Source: Sphingomonadales bacterium
GTDB lineage: Bacteria > Pseudomonadota > Alphaproteobacteria > Sphingomonadales > Sphingomonadaceae
DNA length: 57,946 bases
NCBI GenBank assembly: GCA_043778865.1
Contig: JAYWFI010000146.1
Span: forward strand, 1-57,946
Reading direction: 5' to 3'
In this document: positions 29,228 through 39,156 of the stretch, piece by piece
Layout: each line of letters begins with the position of its first letter
Numbering within the stretch: position 1 is the stretch's first letter
Translations under genes and position numbers: made by a program
Notes under the pieces: generated by a model
The model's database searches: none
Seen by the model: the letters and a program-made list of their open reading frames with translations, nothing else
Told to the model about the DNA's origin: nothing

Positions 29228-29958
29228 AGATCGGCGTTCCGGTTCGATTTGGCCAAATGCCGCCGCAGTTTTTTGCCCAGCGTGCGAATGGCAAGATCAA
29301 GCTCGGTATCGGCCCAGCTGTAGGGATCGGGGCAAAGGCTTTGCGCCTTGGCCACATATGCCGCCGCCGTCGTGCCCGAAACAACCCGCGCATCCAGCAG
29401 ATTGCGCCAAATCGCGCTAAGTACCGCGTGCCGTTCAAGCAGCGGCATAGTAAGTTTTGGATGGCCGTTTTCTTGCAATCTCTCAAGCCGTATGGCCGAT
29501 GGCCAGATGACGCCGGTGCGAAAAGCCATGTATTTGAGCGCTTCGATGACGGACGGCGCGGAGGTATGATCCAGAAACTGCAGCGATGAAATCCGCGTTT
29601 GGCGGCACACAAAGCTGTCGATGGCACTGTCATTTGGCTCATTGACTTCGCCCAGCCAGTACAGCGTCCACCACAATGCCCGGATCTTTGAGATATGCGG
29701 GCGCGGCGCGCCGCGGCGAATGGTGATGCCGCGCCCTTTGTTCAAACGGTCAAGCACCGCGCCAATCTCGGCCAAGTCCATTTGTGTAAGGCTGGCTTTG
29801 CCCGTCACTTCCTGCTGGATCGCTTTGCGGTCGTCACTGGATAAACCAAGCGTACGAACCGCGCCGTGCACCGCGCCGATTAACCGAGTGCGGCTGTTGG
29901 ATTTGCCTGCGCTCGTTTTTAATTGGCGCTGTGCAACTTCGGCAAAACTGCGCGCCAT
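29224..29958 (-). CDS. gemA: GemA (DUF1018) regulatory protein
   Basis: VTGKASLTQM, KIRALW, VIEALK. Confidence 0.85.
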   Translation of the reverse strand: MARSFAEVAQRQLKTSAGKSNSRTRLIGAVHGAVRTLGLSSDDRKAIQQEVTGKASLTQMDLAEIGAVLDRLNKGRGITIRRGAPRPHISKIRALWWTLYWLGEVNEPNDSAIDSFVCRQTRISSLQFLDHTSAPSVIEALKYMAFRTGVIWPSAIRLERLQENGHPKLTMPLLERHAVLSAIWRNLLDARVVSGTTAAAYVAKAQSLCPDPYSWADTELDLAIRTLGKKLRRHLAKSNRNADL

Positions 29959-30374
29959 CACTGCACCTGCGCGGCGCGGCGTGCGCTTTGTTCGGCGGAA
30001 CGGAGCTCGGCTTGTTCGAGCAGATAATCGGTGAGCTCGGCAAATTCAGGATTATCCGCGCGCAGATTATTGGCTTGCTGCAATGCATATATAGCGGATG
30101 TAGTATCTTTGTAGCCCACAAGCTTTGCGAGGCGGCTGCTTGTGTATCCCAAATGCTGCTTTGCGGTCCATATTGCGGCAAAGCGTGCCTCGGATATGGG
30201 TTTGGTGCGCGAGGCTGAAATCAGGTCGCGGTAAGTAACCCCGCAAAGCACAGCGGCCTGCGCGGCGATTAGATGTCCGAACGGAGCAGTGTTTGTTTGG
30301 AAAGGATTGAGCGTGTGCATGTTGCCTGCGACCGCGAGATTGCTGCCGCGTTTTTCTGAATTAAAGTCGGTCAT
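29958..30374 (-). CDS. DnaA C-terminal (domain IV)-like DNA-binding protein
   Basis: SASRTKPISEARFAAIW...KDTTSAIYA. Confidence 0.75.
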   Translation of the reverse strand: MTDFNSEKRGSNLAVAGNMHTLNPFQTNTAPFGHLIAAQAAVLCGVTYRDLISASRTKPISEARFAAIWTAKQHLGYTSSRLAKLVGYKDTTSAIYALQQANNLRADNPEFAELTDYLLEQAELRSAEQSARRAAQVQ

Positions 30375-30700
30375 TGCTTGGTTGCTCCCGCCCACATGGC
30401 TTCGCGCGCATCGAACCGTGCGCCCACGCGAAGCACGACATCGGCGAACATTCCGGCAAGCGCGGAAAAAGCGTTGTCATCCAGCAGCACGCCAATAATT
30501 TTACCGCTGCCATCGGCCACCCCGATGGAAACAACGTATTGATCGTGCGCATTGAAGTCTTCTATCAAGAAAAGGCCGATATACTCCGGTGCACATTCGC
30601 CGTCTGTCACAGGTGCAAGCAGCATTTTTGCGTACACGACGGGAACAGGTGTAGCTTTATCTTTATCGCTTTGCGGCGTATTCGCTTCTGTGCGCTTCAT
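30371..30700 (-). CDS. Hypothetical early protein
   Basis: GAGG RBS and 4-bp overlaps at both ends. Confidence 0.6.
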   Translation of the reverse strand: MKRTEANTPQSDKDKATPVPVVYAKMLLAPVTDGECAPEYIGLFLIEDFNAHDQYVVSIGVADGSGKIIGVLLDDNAFSALAGMFADVVLRVGARFDAREAMWAGATKQ

Positions 30701-31320
30701 GATACCACCTCATTTGCGCGGACATCATTTGCCACTACATCGTTTTCAAGCGCATCATCAGGCGCGGTGATTGGGCTTTTGGGCGCGGCTTCGACTTTGA
30801 CGCGGTCGATAAAGAATACGTCGCTTTGCGCGGTGCCAAGATGCATATCGAAAACTAGCGCTTCTTGCTCATGGCTTAGGGGGTCACGTAACGCCGCGAT
30901 CAAAGCGGGCTTATCCAGCTTGCGCGTGGTGACGATAAATTGCTCTCCAAAGAAATTATCCAGTTTCTGGATCAACTCCTCGGCGTCCAATACGTTCGTT
31001 TTGGGAAGCTTTAGGCTCGGCGGATTGGTGCGCAGGCCCAAATGGCATCCCGCGATTTCAGCGGTCTTGCGCTTGCCCTCTGTCACACTATCTCCCGCTA
31101 CCGCCCACCATGCCCGCAAGCTGATGAAGTGCGCTTTCAATCCAGTTTCAACGGGTTCGATGATGGCATCGCGTTCCGCCAAAAGCTGCGCGATTATTGC
31201 TTCATAATGCGCCCTCGTTCTTTCAATTGTTGCAGAGGCGACGGCGTATTGGCCAATCATGGCTGTGGCTTCGGTTAATGATGTAGGCGCGCTTACAGGC
31301 GCAGATTTACGGCGTGTCAT
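30697..31320 (-). CDS. gam: Mu Gam-like host-nuclease inhibitor
   Basis: Coiled coil then KRKTAEIAGCHLGLRTNPPSL and KLDKPAL; start re-set to 31320. Confidence 0.78.
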   Translation of the reverse strand: MTRRKSAPVSAPTSLTEATAMIGQYAVASATIERTRAHYEAIIAQLLAERDAIIEPVETGLKAHFISLRAWWAVAGDSVTEGKRKTAEIAGCHLGLRTNPPSLKLPKTNVLDAEELIQKLDNFFGEQFIVTTRKLDKPALIAALRDPLSHEQEALVFDMHLGTAQSDVFFIDRVKVEAAPKSPITAPDDALENDVVANDVRANEVVS

Positions 31321-31538
31321 GCATTGGTCTCCAGTGGTGTTGCGGGATGTACAGGTGCAGCCAGCGGCACGGCGGCACAGCAATTTGCGCATTCGGCGCT
31401 TTGCCGTCCGATTATCCATTTGTATTGGCCGCAGGCGGGGCACGCATTGGTCTCTCCCAAATGGTACAGCATAAAACCGCCATGCTCATCGGTTAGGCCG
31501 TAAACGGGCGATTGCGCGGATGTTTGAGCGCCGTTCAT
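31317..31538 (-). CDS. Small zinc-ribbon protein
   Basis: CPACG...ECANC. Confidence 0.65.
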   Translation of the reverse strand: MNGAQTSAQSPVYGLTDEHGGFMLYHLGETNACPACGQYKWIIGRQSAECANCCAAVPLAAPVHPATPLETNA

Positions 31539-31705
31539 TGGCCGACCCAGCGCGCAAGGTTGAATACAATCAGCGCAAGGCCGAGGCCAATTGCACCAAG
31601 GCTGAAACGGCGGCTAAACGTATTCAGTGCGTCAATCCGGCGGCGGACGGACCAGCGGTGTTTGCGGCGTTTTGTATACGCAGACAGGTTCGGATCATGC
31701 AGCAT
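31535..31705 (-). CDS. Small C-terminal TM protein
   Basis: Basic N-terminus plus hydrophobic tail, coupled in operon. Confidence 0.5.
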   Translation of the reverse strand: MLHDPNLSAYTKRRKHRWSVRRRIDALNTFSRRFSLGAIGLGLALIVFNLARWVGQ

Positions 31706-32096
31706 TATCGGTCTCCTCAAGACGGGTGTTGCGTTCGGGGTTGAGCGGGCAGATGGGGCAAGAGCTGGCGTAGACGCGTTGCAAGAATGTCTGCGCAGGG
31801 CCGGTGTGCCGCCGACCGCGAATGCAGGACGACAGCGGAATTTCGCCGATTGCAGGGCAACTCACCGTTTCGCCGCTTAGGTGGCTGCGCACTGCGAGCG
31901 CGGCTTCGCTGTAGTTTCCGTTGTATTTGCCATTGATGATCCGGCTGATCTGCCCGCCGGAAATACCGATTTTATCCGCAACGGCTTTCTGGCTGCGTTC
32001 GTCGCACTGTGCGGCGAGAACGAGGATCCACGGCGGGACGTCTTCACCCCACGCTTCGCGCGCTTTCGCGCGATTTGAAATGAGAGTTTTATTCAC
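31695..32096 (-). CDS. XRE-HTH early protein with Cys cluster
   Basis: SQKAVADKIGISGGQISRII, CPAIG...CPICP. Confidence 0.75.
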   Translation of the reverse strand: MNKTLISNRAKAREAWGEDVPPWILVLAAQCDERSQKAVADKIGISGGQISRIINGKYNGNYSEAALAVRSHLSGETVSCPAIGEIPLSSCIRGRRHTGPAQTFLQRVYASSCPICPLNPERNTRLEETDNAA

Positions 32097-32518
32097 GCGA
32101 CATTCCTTTCGGCGGCTTGGTATTTCGCTTCGGCGGCACTTGCGGCTTCATCGCGCGCAAAGCGTTCACGTTGCACTTTTACGGTTTCGCTTCGGTACGC
32201 CGCGCGGCGGTTGTTTTGGCGGGTGACCAGCGCAATCATTTGCTGGGTGTTGCCGTCTTGCATGAAATCGAAGACGCGCTTGGGCGCGCGCGGTCCGCTG
32301 TCATTAAGCAGCTGATACCGCGTCAGGCGGCCAACGCGGCCATTGCCGTGTTGGATGACAACAACATAACCAGCGCGGACCAACAGGCCCAGATATTCGC
32401 GGGTGCTGGTTTCAGGAGCAGCGGCCGCAGCTGCCAGAATATGCGCATCACAGATTTTTTGTACCCGCAAGGCTTTCCAAATGCGTTGGCGCGTAGGGAT
32501 CGGTGAAGGTAAGGCCAT
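32093..32518 (-). CDS. Winged-helix early protein
   Basis: IWKALR...YLGLLVRAGYV...YQLLNDSGPRAP, typical of the gene after MuB in transposable phages. Confidence 0.72.
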   Translation of the reverse strand: MALPSPIPTRQRIWKALRVQKICDAHILAAAAAAPETSTREYLGLLVRAGYVVVIQHGNGRVGRLTRYQLLNDSGPRAPKRVFDFMQDGNTQQMIALVTRQNNRRAAYRSETVKVQRERFARDEAASAAEAKYQAAERNVA

Positions 32519-33282
32519 TAACGTAGACCCCGGCGTGGTCCGGCCAAGTTGCCGTTCATGACGGGGCGGTTGCCCCACATTGCGCGGTCTAGAGTCATCA
32601 CGTCCAATTCATCTGTTGCGTGCCGCTGCGCCTCTTGTAAGTTTGACACGATGCGGCGGGTGATGCCCGCGCATTGTTCGGTGAAGTGATCGGCCAAATC
32701 GTCCGTTATTGTGATGTAGCGGACGTATAGATCACGTAGCATCCGGCCATCGGCGCGGTCCGAAGGCTGCGCAGCTGTGGCCCGCAATATCCGGTTATCA
32801 AAGCGTTCCCACTCCTTCAGCTTGGCAGGTAAAGCCTCTTCACCGACCATCATTATGGGGACATTTGTGGCTTCGTAAATGTCGCGGATCAATTCAACCG
32901 AGGATTTTTTAACCAGGTAATCCATTTCATCAATGATGATTGGGCATGGCCGGTGTTCTAAAGCTTCTACAATTTGGTCTAGGATCCCACTGGCTGTTTT
33001 CTTCAGATGAATAACGCCTAGCTCTCGTGCCAGATTTTCAAGAAATGTTTTCCCTGTCCACACCGATTTGGCTTGAATGTAGGCAGCATCGGTCAGTGCT
33101 GCTACGTGGCTGCAGGCGACCGTCTTGCCATAACCCGATGGCCCGTAAAGCAGCACCATTCGCGGCACACCTTCACCTGCGTCCATTGCCGCGAACATTG
33201 TGCTTTTGGCCAAGGCCATATTTGTTGTTTGTGCGTAACGCGGCAATACAGTTGCGCCGCCCGCCAGAATAGGTTGGTTCAT
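32518..33282 (-). CDS. MuB-like AAA+ transposition ATPase
   Basis: Walker A GPSGYGKT, Walker B IIIDE. Confidence 0.92.
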   Translation of the reverse strand: MNQPILAGGATVLPRYAQTTNMALAKSTMFAAMDAGEGVPRMVLLYGPSGYGKTVACSHVAALTDAAYIQAKSVWTGKTFLENLARELGVIHLKKTASGILDQIVEALEHRPCPIIIDEMDYLVKKSSVELIRDIYEATNVPIMMVGEEALPAKLKEWERFDNRILRATAAQPSDRADGRMLRDLYVRYITITDDLADHFTEQCAGITRRIVSNLQEAQRHATDELDVMTLDRAMWGNRPVMNGNLAGPRRGLR

Positions 33283-35117
33283 GGTTTCCTCCTGTTGGTG
33301 ATTTGATAAGGTGCCGGAAGGCCTGCTGCGTAGGCTTCTTCGGCTTTGAACGCTTTGTACGCCGCGCCTGCGACAAAGGCGTTTGCCAGCGCCAAGTCTT
33401 CTGCGGGTACTTCGTGGCCAGCCTTTGCCCGTGCAATTAAGGTTTCACAGCGCGCAACGCGTGCTGCCAGTTTATCAGCGGATTGCAGGGCGGGATTTAT
33501 CGCGGCGGTTAGCGGGATGACCGAGGCCGTACGCTGTTGCTGCTGCGTTTCAGGATTTGCAGGGGGCAAGGCAGCTGGCAAAGCCCGCGCCGGTAACACC
33601 GCCAACTTTCCTGCTTCCAGCGCATCTTGGCGGCGTAACGCTTCGGATGCACGTTCGATTGGGAACTGGCGCTTTACGTCACGCATAAACGCATTGATCT
33701 GTTTCTCGTGTGATTTTTGGTTTTGGCGGGCGGCAAGAGCAAAGGCCTTTTCGCTGGTTCCAGCCCGTTCATAATTTACGGCCGTGCCAATAAAATTGTG
33801 GTCTTCGTCAAAGACGAGAAGTGCGCCTAGATCATCTTCGTCACGGCGAACATGCACCGTCTTGTTCATGTACGCCGCGAGTTCGGGGCACCAATAACGA
33901 GCTTTTTTCCAACGGAGCCCGCGTTTGGTGATTGTGCTGTTGGCAACAAAAGCAGACAAAGCACGGCGTACGGTTTCGGCGTCAGGTGCCATTCGTGCCG
34001 CAATAGGCGAACGCATTGCCTTCGCCAAAGGAGCTATGCCAATGCCGCCGTGAACGCGTTGTTCGTATACCCCGATTGTCCAGTTATCCAAAATTACCTG
34101 TAATTCTTCGGCGGTAATTTGGGCAAAGATTTCAGCGCGGCCCGTTTCTTTACGTGCCCTAGCCCTTAATTGCTGGGCCTGTGCGACATTGTGTCCGGTA
34201 AAGCCTGGAAGCAAAACAGCACGTTGGCGTGTGAATGTCCCGAACAAACGTTCAACGAAGGGCTTTTGTTCAGGCGATCCGGGCGCGCAGGGTTTGTGTT
34301 CAATGCCCAACATCTCGCACGCGCTTTTTATGGTCGCGTTTACGTAACCTGATCCGTTGTCAACCACGATTGTGTGCGGCAGAACGCCCCAATCTTTGAT
34401 CGCGCGCTGTAACAAATGCCGCACACTCATCGCGCTTTCACTGTCGCCCACAATAAAGCGCGCACGGCGGCTGAAACGGTCGATGACGCCCAAGATCATC
34501 CGGCGGCCGTTTGCGGTCATCACATCGGCTTTGGTAGTGTCCAATTCCCAATATTGGTGTGCGTAGGTTGTGCCGCCATCGGCACGGCCTAGTGCGAGCC
34601 GCTGTGATGATTTGGCGGCATCAGGGTTACGTTGCCATTGCAATTCGGCGGCGCGCGCGTATTCGATCTGCGCCATATAACGTTGCAATGTGCGCAGCGG
34701 CGGTAACGGAACTAATCCCTCGGCGCGCAGTAAGTCCATTACGTTAGGCGCACTGTGCCGGTACCCGCTTATATAGCTTAGGATGGCGCTGGCATGACTG
34801 GTGTGTTTATCAAAAAAGCTGGTGCCCGAAGGACGGCCTGCGCCGCCTTGTCGTGCTTTATTATCTGTTAATGTGCTCGGCGCATTTGTATCTTTTGCGG
34901 TGGCACCGCCCATACGCAAAATCATTTTGCTTTGGATTTGGGCCTGTATTTCGGGCGGCAATGCATTAACGTCGAATAAGCATCTGCGGTTAGGGCCAGC
35001 TTCTGAAAGCCAACCTTGCTCCGCAGCAAGGCGACTTATACCGCGCTTTGAGTGCGGCAGGCCATCAATCGCCATCGCAGCTAAATCGCCTGCAGTAAGC
35101 TTAAGCGCCGAGCTCAA
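33279..35117 (-). CDS. MuA-like DDE transposase
   Basis: N-terminal Mu HTH; WELDTT, VVDNGSGY, KPFVER catalytic triad. Confidence 0.95.
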   Translation of the reverse strand: MSSALKLTAGDLAAMAIDGLPHSKRGISRLAAEQGWLSEAGPNRRCLFDVNALPPEIQAQIQSKMILRMGGATAKDTNAPSTLTDNKARQGGAGRPSGTSFFDKHTSHASAILSYISGYRHSAPNVMDLLRAEGLVPLPPLRTLQRYMAQIEYARAAELQWQRNPDAAKSSQRLALGRADGGTTYAHQYWELDTTKADVMTANGRRMILGVIDRFSRRARFIVGDSESAMSVRHLLQRAIKDWGVLPHTIVVDNGSGYVNATIKSACEMLGIEHKPCAPGSPEQKPFVERLFGTFTRQRAVLLPGFTGHNVAQAQQLRARARKETGRAEIFAQITAEELQVILDNWTIGVYEQRVHGGIGIAPLAKAMRSPIAARMAPDAETVRRALSAFVANSTITKRGLRWKKARYWCPELAAYMNKTVHVRRDEDDLGALLVFDEDHNFIGTAVNYERAGTSEKAFALAARQNQKSHEKQINAFMRDVKRQFPIERASEALRRQDALEAGKLAVLPARALPAALPPANPETQQQQRTASVIPLTAAINPALQSADKLAARVARCETLIARAKAGHEVPAEDLALANAFVAGAAYKAFKAEEAYAAGLPAPYQITNRRKP

Positions 35118-35118
35118 T

Positions 35119-35463
35119 TTAATATTGCCATTCTTGGAGATTAAAATCGCGGCGGCGTAATTCAGTTAATAGCTCAGCGGTTGGAATATTTGCGTGCGGA
35201 TTTGTAAGCGTGAAGCAACGAATTTTGCCGTGCTCGCGAATGAGATACCCCTGCGCGGCGAGGATGTCTAAGAGGATTGCGATACGTGATTTACTCGGCT
35301 GGCCGATGCCGCCTGCCATCTCTTGATAGCTTGGCGCGTAGCCATGATTGTAGAAATAATCTTGTATGAACGTATGCAAAGCGCGGGCAGCGGCAGTATG
35401 ACGCTGCTTTACCGCTGCATTTGCTTTTACGGATTGCTCTAAGTCTGTGCTATTATGAGCCAT
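35119..35463 (-). CDS. LexA DNA-binding-domain-only protein
   Basis: FIQDY...GYAPSYQEMAGGIGQPSKSRI..LLDILAAQGYLIR; no peptidase domain; start re-set to 35463. Confidence 0.75.
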   Translation of the reverse strand: MAHNSTDLEQSVKANAAVKQRHTAAARALHTFIQDYFYNHGYAPSYQEMAGGIGQPSKSRIAILLDILAAQGYLIREHGKIRCFTLTNPHANIPTAELLTELRRRDFNLQEWQY

Positions 35464-35464
35464 G

Positions 35465-35740
35465 TTACCGTGACCTCTTGCTAAAGCGGTACTGGGCGCG
35501 GTAATTAGCAGTCGGTTGCGGCAGCAATCTGCGGCCATCAGCATGATAACGTGAAGGCCAAATACGTGAAGGATGCCGTCCAATGACTTTAGCAATAGCC
35601 GCCTCGCTTCGTGCGTTTGGTTTGTACAAGCACACGGCAACCACTTGTTTGGTAATTCCCAATTTCAGTGCAATTGCGGTCAGTGTTTTGCCGTGCTTGC
35701 GAATTTCCGCCTTGATATCCTCAGGGTGCATGTCGGTCAT
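35465..35740 (-). CDS. ner: Ner-like DNA-binding protein
   Basis: DMHPEDIKAEIRKHG, IAKVIG...IWPSRY. Confidence 0.9.
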   Translation of the reverse strand: MTDMHPEDIKAEIRKHGKTLTAIALKLGITKQVVAVCLYKPNARSEAAIAKVIGRHPSRIWPSRYHADGRRLLPQPTANYRAQYRFSKRSR

Positions 35741-35785
35741 TTAGAATATCCATAAAAGCGTAAAACGTGTTCTTTGCTACCTAAG

Positions 35786-35820
35786 TAGTCTTATAACACT
35801 AGTCTTATATGGATTGTCAA
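35786..35820 (-). promoter_or_regulatory. Early promoter and operator repeats
   Basis: TTGACA on minus strand at 35815-35820; direct repeat TAGTCTTATA at 35786 and 35800. Confidence 0.55.
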
Positions 35821-35848
35821 GTCAGTAATACACGAAAGTAGAAAAATA

Positions 35849-36550
35849 ATGTCCAAACTTGACGAAAATGCCAAAGGCTTACCAGCAGGTGTTTTGAAGC
35901 GCTTGAAAGCCAAGGTGGCCAAGGCGGGTGATTATGCAACGGTGTCTGCCCGTTCTGGTGTACCGCTAGGCACGCTGCACAAACTAATGCGCGGCGTAAC
36001 CGATCCGCGCTTTTCGACAATCACTGAGCTTTGCAGGTCACTGGGTATTTCTTTAGACTATTTGGTCAGCGGCATTGGCGATGAGAGTGGTGATTGGGAG
36101 AGTTGGCTGCCCGAAATTGGCAAGAGCGAGAAGCGCATACCCTTTCGCGACATTGGGGCATCTGCTGGACATGGTGCCGAAATATTTGAAGAAGACCCAA
36201 AATACTGGATCACGTTTTCGCTCGAATGGCTGAAAAGTTTAGGCGACCCATCTGCGATGGAAATTTTGCGGGTGGACGGAGACTCTATGGAGCCGGAATT
36301 GCGCGACGGCGATCAAGTGATGATTGATCTGCAGCAGCGCCATGCAAAAGACGGAATGTTTGTTGTGCTCGTGGATGGCCGGTTGTTCCTTAAACGCGTC
36401 CGTGTGCTAGGCCGGAGCAGTATTGAATTGGTATCCAGTAATTCCAATTATCCGCCGTTTAAGGTCGAAATACCAGGTGATGATGACACCCTAAGCCAAG
36501 ACGGCGCATCTATTATTGGCAGAGTGGTATGGTCGGGCCGAACTGCTTGA
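35849..36550 (+). CDS. CI-like repressor, XRE-HTH plus S24 peptidase
   Basis: HTH, ASAGHG cleavage site, VDGDSMEP, LKR; divergent from ner. Confidence 0.92.
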   Translation: MSKLDENAKGLPAGVLKRLKAKVAKAGDYATVSARSGVPLGTLHKLMRGVTDPRFSTITELCRSLGISLDYLVSGIGDESGDWESWLPEIGKSEKRIPFRDIGASAGHGAEIFEEDPKYWITFSLEWLKSLGDPSAMEILRVDGDSMEPELRDGDQVMIDLQQRHAKDGMFVVLVDGRLFLKRVRVLGRSSIELVSSNSNYPPFKVEIPGDDDTLSQDGASIIGRVVWSGRTA

Positions 36551-36831
36551 GGCAAGCGGCCAATATAAAAGGCGCTAGGAGCATGCATAAGGCGAGGCGC
36601 GCACAATGCCTGCCCATATCTCATTTTTACGCTGTGCGGCCGCGCACAGGCAATTTGGCGGCAATTTCAATTGAAAGTGTTGATCGGCCTTTGCCGTATA
36701 TGCAACATTTGGTTTCAATCCGCCGCTTTGTTCCCATTTCAGGATGCTGCCTGTTCATTGTAAGCTGCCCGCAATTTAAGTTAATAGGTGGAGCTTATTA
36801 ACGCGGCGTAGCACCAGCTAGCCTCATATGC

Positions 36832-36969
36832 TTATAACTGTTTATTGTTATCCTTGTACAGCACGGTTCCGACAAACCATATCGTCGATAGAATTAAATA
36901 ATGCCCATCATTATTAGCCAAAAAAATAGCAAGGCATATCAGGACCATTAAGTTCATAAACATCTTCAT
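36832..36969 (-). CDS. 45-aa hydrophobic protein not in the ORF track
   Basis: GAGG RBS; MKMFMNLMVLICLAIFLANNDGHYLILSTIWFVGTVLYKDNNKQL*. Confidence 0.45.
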   Translation of the reverse strand: MKMFMNLMVLICLAIFLANNDGHYLILSTIWFVGTVLYKDNNKQL

Positions 36970-36979
36970 AATATTTTCC

Positions 36980-38785
36980 TCATGTTGCCGCGTAAATATT
37001 TGCAATAATAGTGTTTCTGTTATTTATTGCATCCAGCGCAATTTTGTTCAGCAACGCGGTGGCAGACAGGCTGACAAGCGTTTCACCAATAGCTGCGGGA
37101 ACTACGGACTTTTGCAGGACCTCCCCCGTTAATGTCAGCGTTGCATAGTATGTCGTCCCCCCCGCATAATTGAACTTGAACAATTGCGCGCCTGTGCCTG
37201 CACCAACCTGCACCGTGCGAGCCGCATTTGAATGAATTACCCAGCTATCGATACTCTCAAACCGCAAATAGCTGTCTCCTGCGCTGTCGATGTACGCCGC
37301 CGTTACAGACGCGCCGCTCGCAAGCGTAACCAGGCCCGACGTTTTAAATGACGTAAACTTTGCGCCCGCCGCCAAAGCTGCCGACTTAATCGTGATCGTA
37401 TTGGTGCCTGCGTTAAGCGCAAACACCGTCGCCGCCGCTGCATCAATTACAATGTTGCGGCTACCCGCATCCAACAATTTGCCATCTGTGATAAATAACG
37501 GCGCGGTTTCGCCTGCAAAATTGTCAAACAAATACGCTTTGGCCCGGTCGTAAACGCGATCTAACGTGTCAAGTGCGGTGTATGCATCAACGGTCACTTT
37601 AATTGGCTGACTAATGTCTGTGTCGCGAAGCTGGACGACGGTCGCACTTTTAACGCCCGCGCCCGCAAGATTGATAGGTGACGTGACAGTTGGCTGAGAA
37701 AGATAACTAAAGCAGGCAAACGCGTATAGATCACCTGTTTGCACGGCGGCACGGCGCACCATTGGGTTGTCATTCAGGCCAGCGGCCAATAATACATTGA
37801 GCGTAGCCACCCCCGTGCCGCTCGACAGGACGTTATATGTTTTGCGCAGCGTATAATTTGTTGCCGTGGTGCCAGCTCCGGCAGGCGCGCCTGTGTTATT
37901 ATCTGTGTGATATGCCTTAAACAATACAGCCGCACCAACCTCGTTCACACCACTTAATTGTAAATCGGACGTACAATAATACTCATTATTTTGGTTGTTC
38001 GGTGAATTCCAAGGACCGCATGTAACCGCGCCACCTTTAACCGGATTGTTACAGCGGATCGAGCCGCCGCCATAGATTGATAAATCAAATGAGGTACCTT
38101 TACCGTCGTAGTCCTGTATTGTTTTATTAGTACCAAAGCCACTTCCAAAACCACGACTGGCAAATTTGGGCTGCAACCGCTTAAGCTGGGTTATCACGGC
38201 GTCCTTAAGGAATATCGAACCGCCGCGAAATTCAAGACCATCAATATCAAGCGTCGGGTTGCCCGACTGCGTGGTTATCTGCTGGTCGTTAACCGCCGCA
38301 AGTCCTTCTGCGTTAAGGATAATATCGCGAAATATAACAGTACCGCCATCCCAGTAGTATCCGCCGTTTCCGATGATTTCAACTTTTGCAAAGTCCTGTA
38401 TACCCCCTTGCAAGTATATTAAGTTTTCGGATGTCCCGTTATATGCACTGTTGCTTATCGCTTGCGTGAATATCATCGGCGGCATGATGCGCCAATCGGT
38501 AAGGCCGTTTAATGTGCGGCTTTCTTTGTAATTCCAGCGCCCCGTTGCCGTAATTGTCACCTCATTTACGCGCGCCGCCGTGCGTACGCGGCTAAACGTA
38601 AAGGCAACGGCGGACGTGTTTGTCATCGTGCCTGTAATTTGCAACTGAAACGGAATATTCAGCCGCGTCCGCCCAGACTCGGTGATGGCTGCCACGCCCG
38701 CGATTGCGGAAAGGCCGCTGATGGTTGTCGCGTCGTTATCTGTGCCTGATTGCGTAATCAGGTTCCCTGAAAGTGCTAATGTCAT
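36980..38785 (-). CDS. Putative fibre/receptor-binding virion protein
   Basis: 601 aa, T/G/A/N-rich beta-type composition, last large gene of a collagen-containing module. Confidence 0.6.
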   Translation of the reverse strand: MTLALSGNLITQSGTDNDATTISGLSAIAGVAAITESGRTRLNIPFQLQITGTMTNTSAVAFTFSRVRTAARVNEVTITATGRWNYKESRTLNGLTDWRIMPPMIFTQAISNSAYNGTSENLIYLQGGIQDFAKVEIIGNGGYYWDGGTVIFRDIILNAEGLAAVNDQQITTQSGNPTLDIDGLEFRGGSIFLKDAVITQLKRLQPKFASRGFGSGFGTNKTIQDYDGKGTSFDLSIYGGGSIRCNNPVKGGAVTCGPWNSPNNQNNEYYCTSDLQLSGVNEVGAAVLFKAYHTDNNTGAPAGAGTTATNYTLRKTYNVLSSGTGVATLNVLLAAGLNDNPMVRRAAVQTGDLYAFACFSYLSQPTVTSPINLAGAGVKSATVVQLRDTDISQPIKVTVDAYTALDTLDRVYDRAKAYLFDNFAGETAPLFITDGKLLDAGSRNIVIDAAAATVFALNAGTNTITIKSAALAAGAKFTSFKTSGLVTLASGASVTAAYIDSAGDSYLRFESIDSWVIHSNAARTVQVGAGTGAQLFKFNYAGGTTYYATLTLTGEVLQKSVVPAAIGETLVSLSATALLNKIALDAINNRNTIIANIYAAT

Positions 38786-39156
38786 GTTACTGTTACCGCC
38801 ATTGTTATTTTATCAATTGTCTTACCATCTGCCGAATAGATCAATGTTTTGGTAACCGTTTGCACGCCTATAACTTTAACGACAGATGTCAAAAAATCGT
38901 TCGTATAATTCAGCGTTGTCACGGTTCCGTCCGACGCGGTTACAGAGATGATTTTGCCACCTGCGTAGGCGAGCTGTTTGTTTGCTGCTGATCCGCCTGT
39001 AGCAGGCGTTTGCCAACCAAAGGCAAAGTTGGCTGTTCCGGTTTTGGCAATCACTTGGCCGAGCGCGCCGCCGGTTGGCATCAAGCGAGGAGTAATTGTA
39101 TTCAATTTCTCGCGCACCGCAATGGCTAGCAAATTGATACGGTCAGCCAATGTCAT
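38782..39156 (-). CDS. Putative fibre component
   Basis: PTGGALGQVIAKTG..FAFGW motif seen in phage fibres. Confidence 0.6.
   Translation of the reverse strand: MTLADRINLLAIAVREKLNTITPRLMPTGGALGQVIAKTGTANFAFGWQTPATGGSAANKQLAYAGGKIISVTASDGTVTTLNYTNDFLTSVVKVIGVQTVTKTLIYSADGKTIDKITMAVTVT

Noticed and set aside
30374-31207. 277-aa plus-strand ORF
   Set aside because: Antisense shadow of gam and its neighbour
35849-36550. S24-type repressor as a novelty
   Set aside because: Differs from Mu c, but CI-like S24 repressors are known in other transposable phages
36529-36801. 90-aa ORF after the repressor
   Set aside because: No RBS or protein-like features; likely non-coding convergence region
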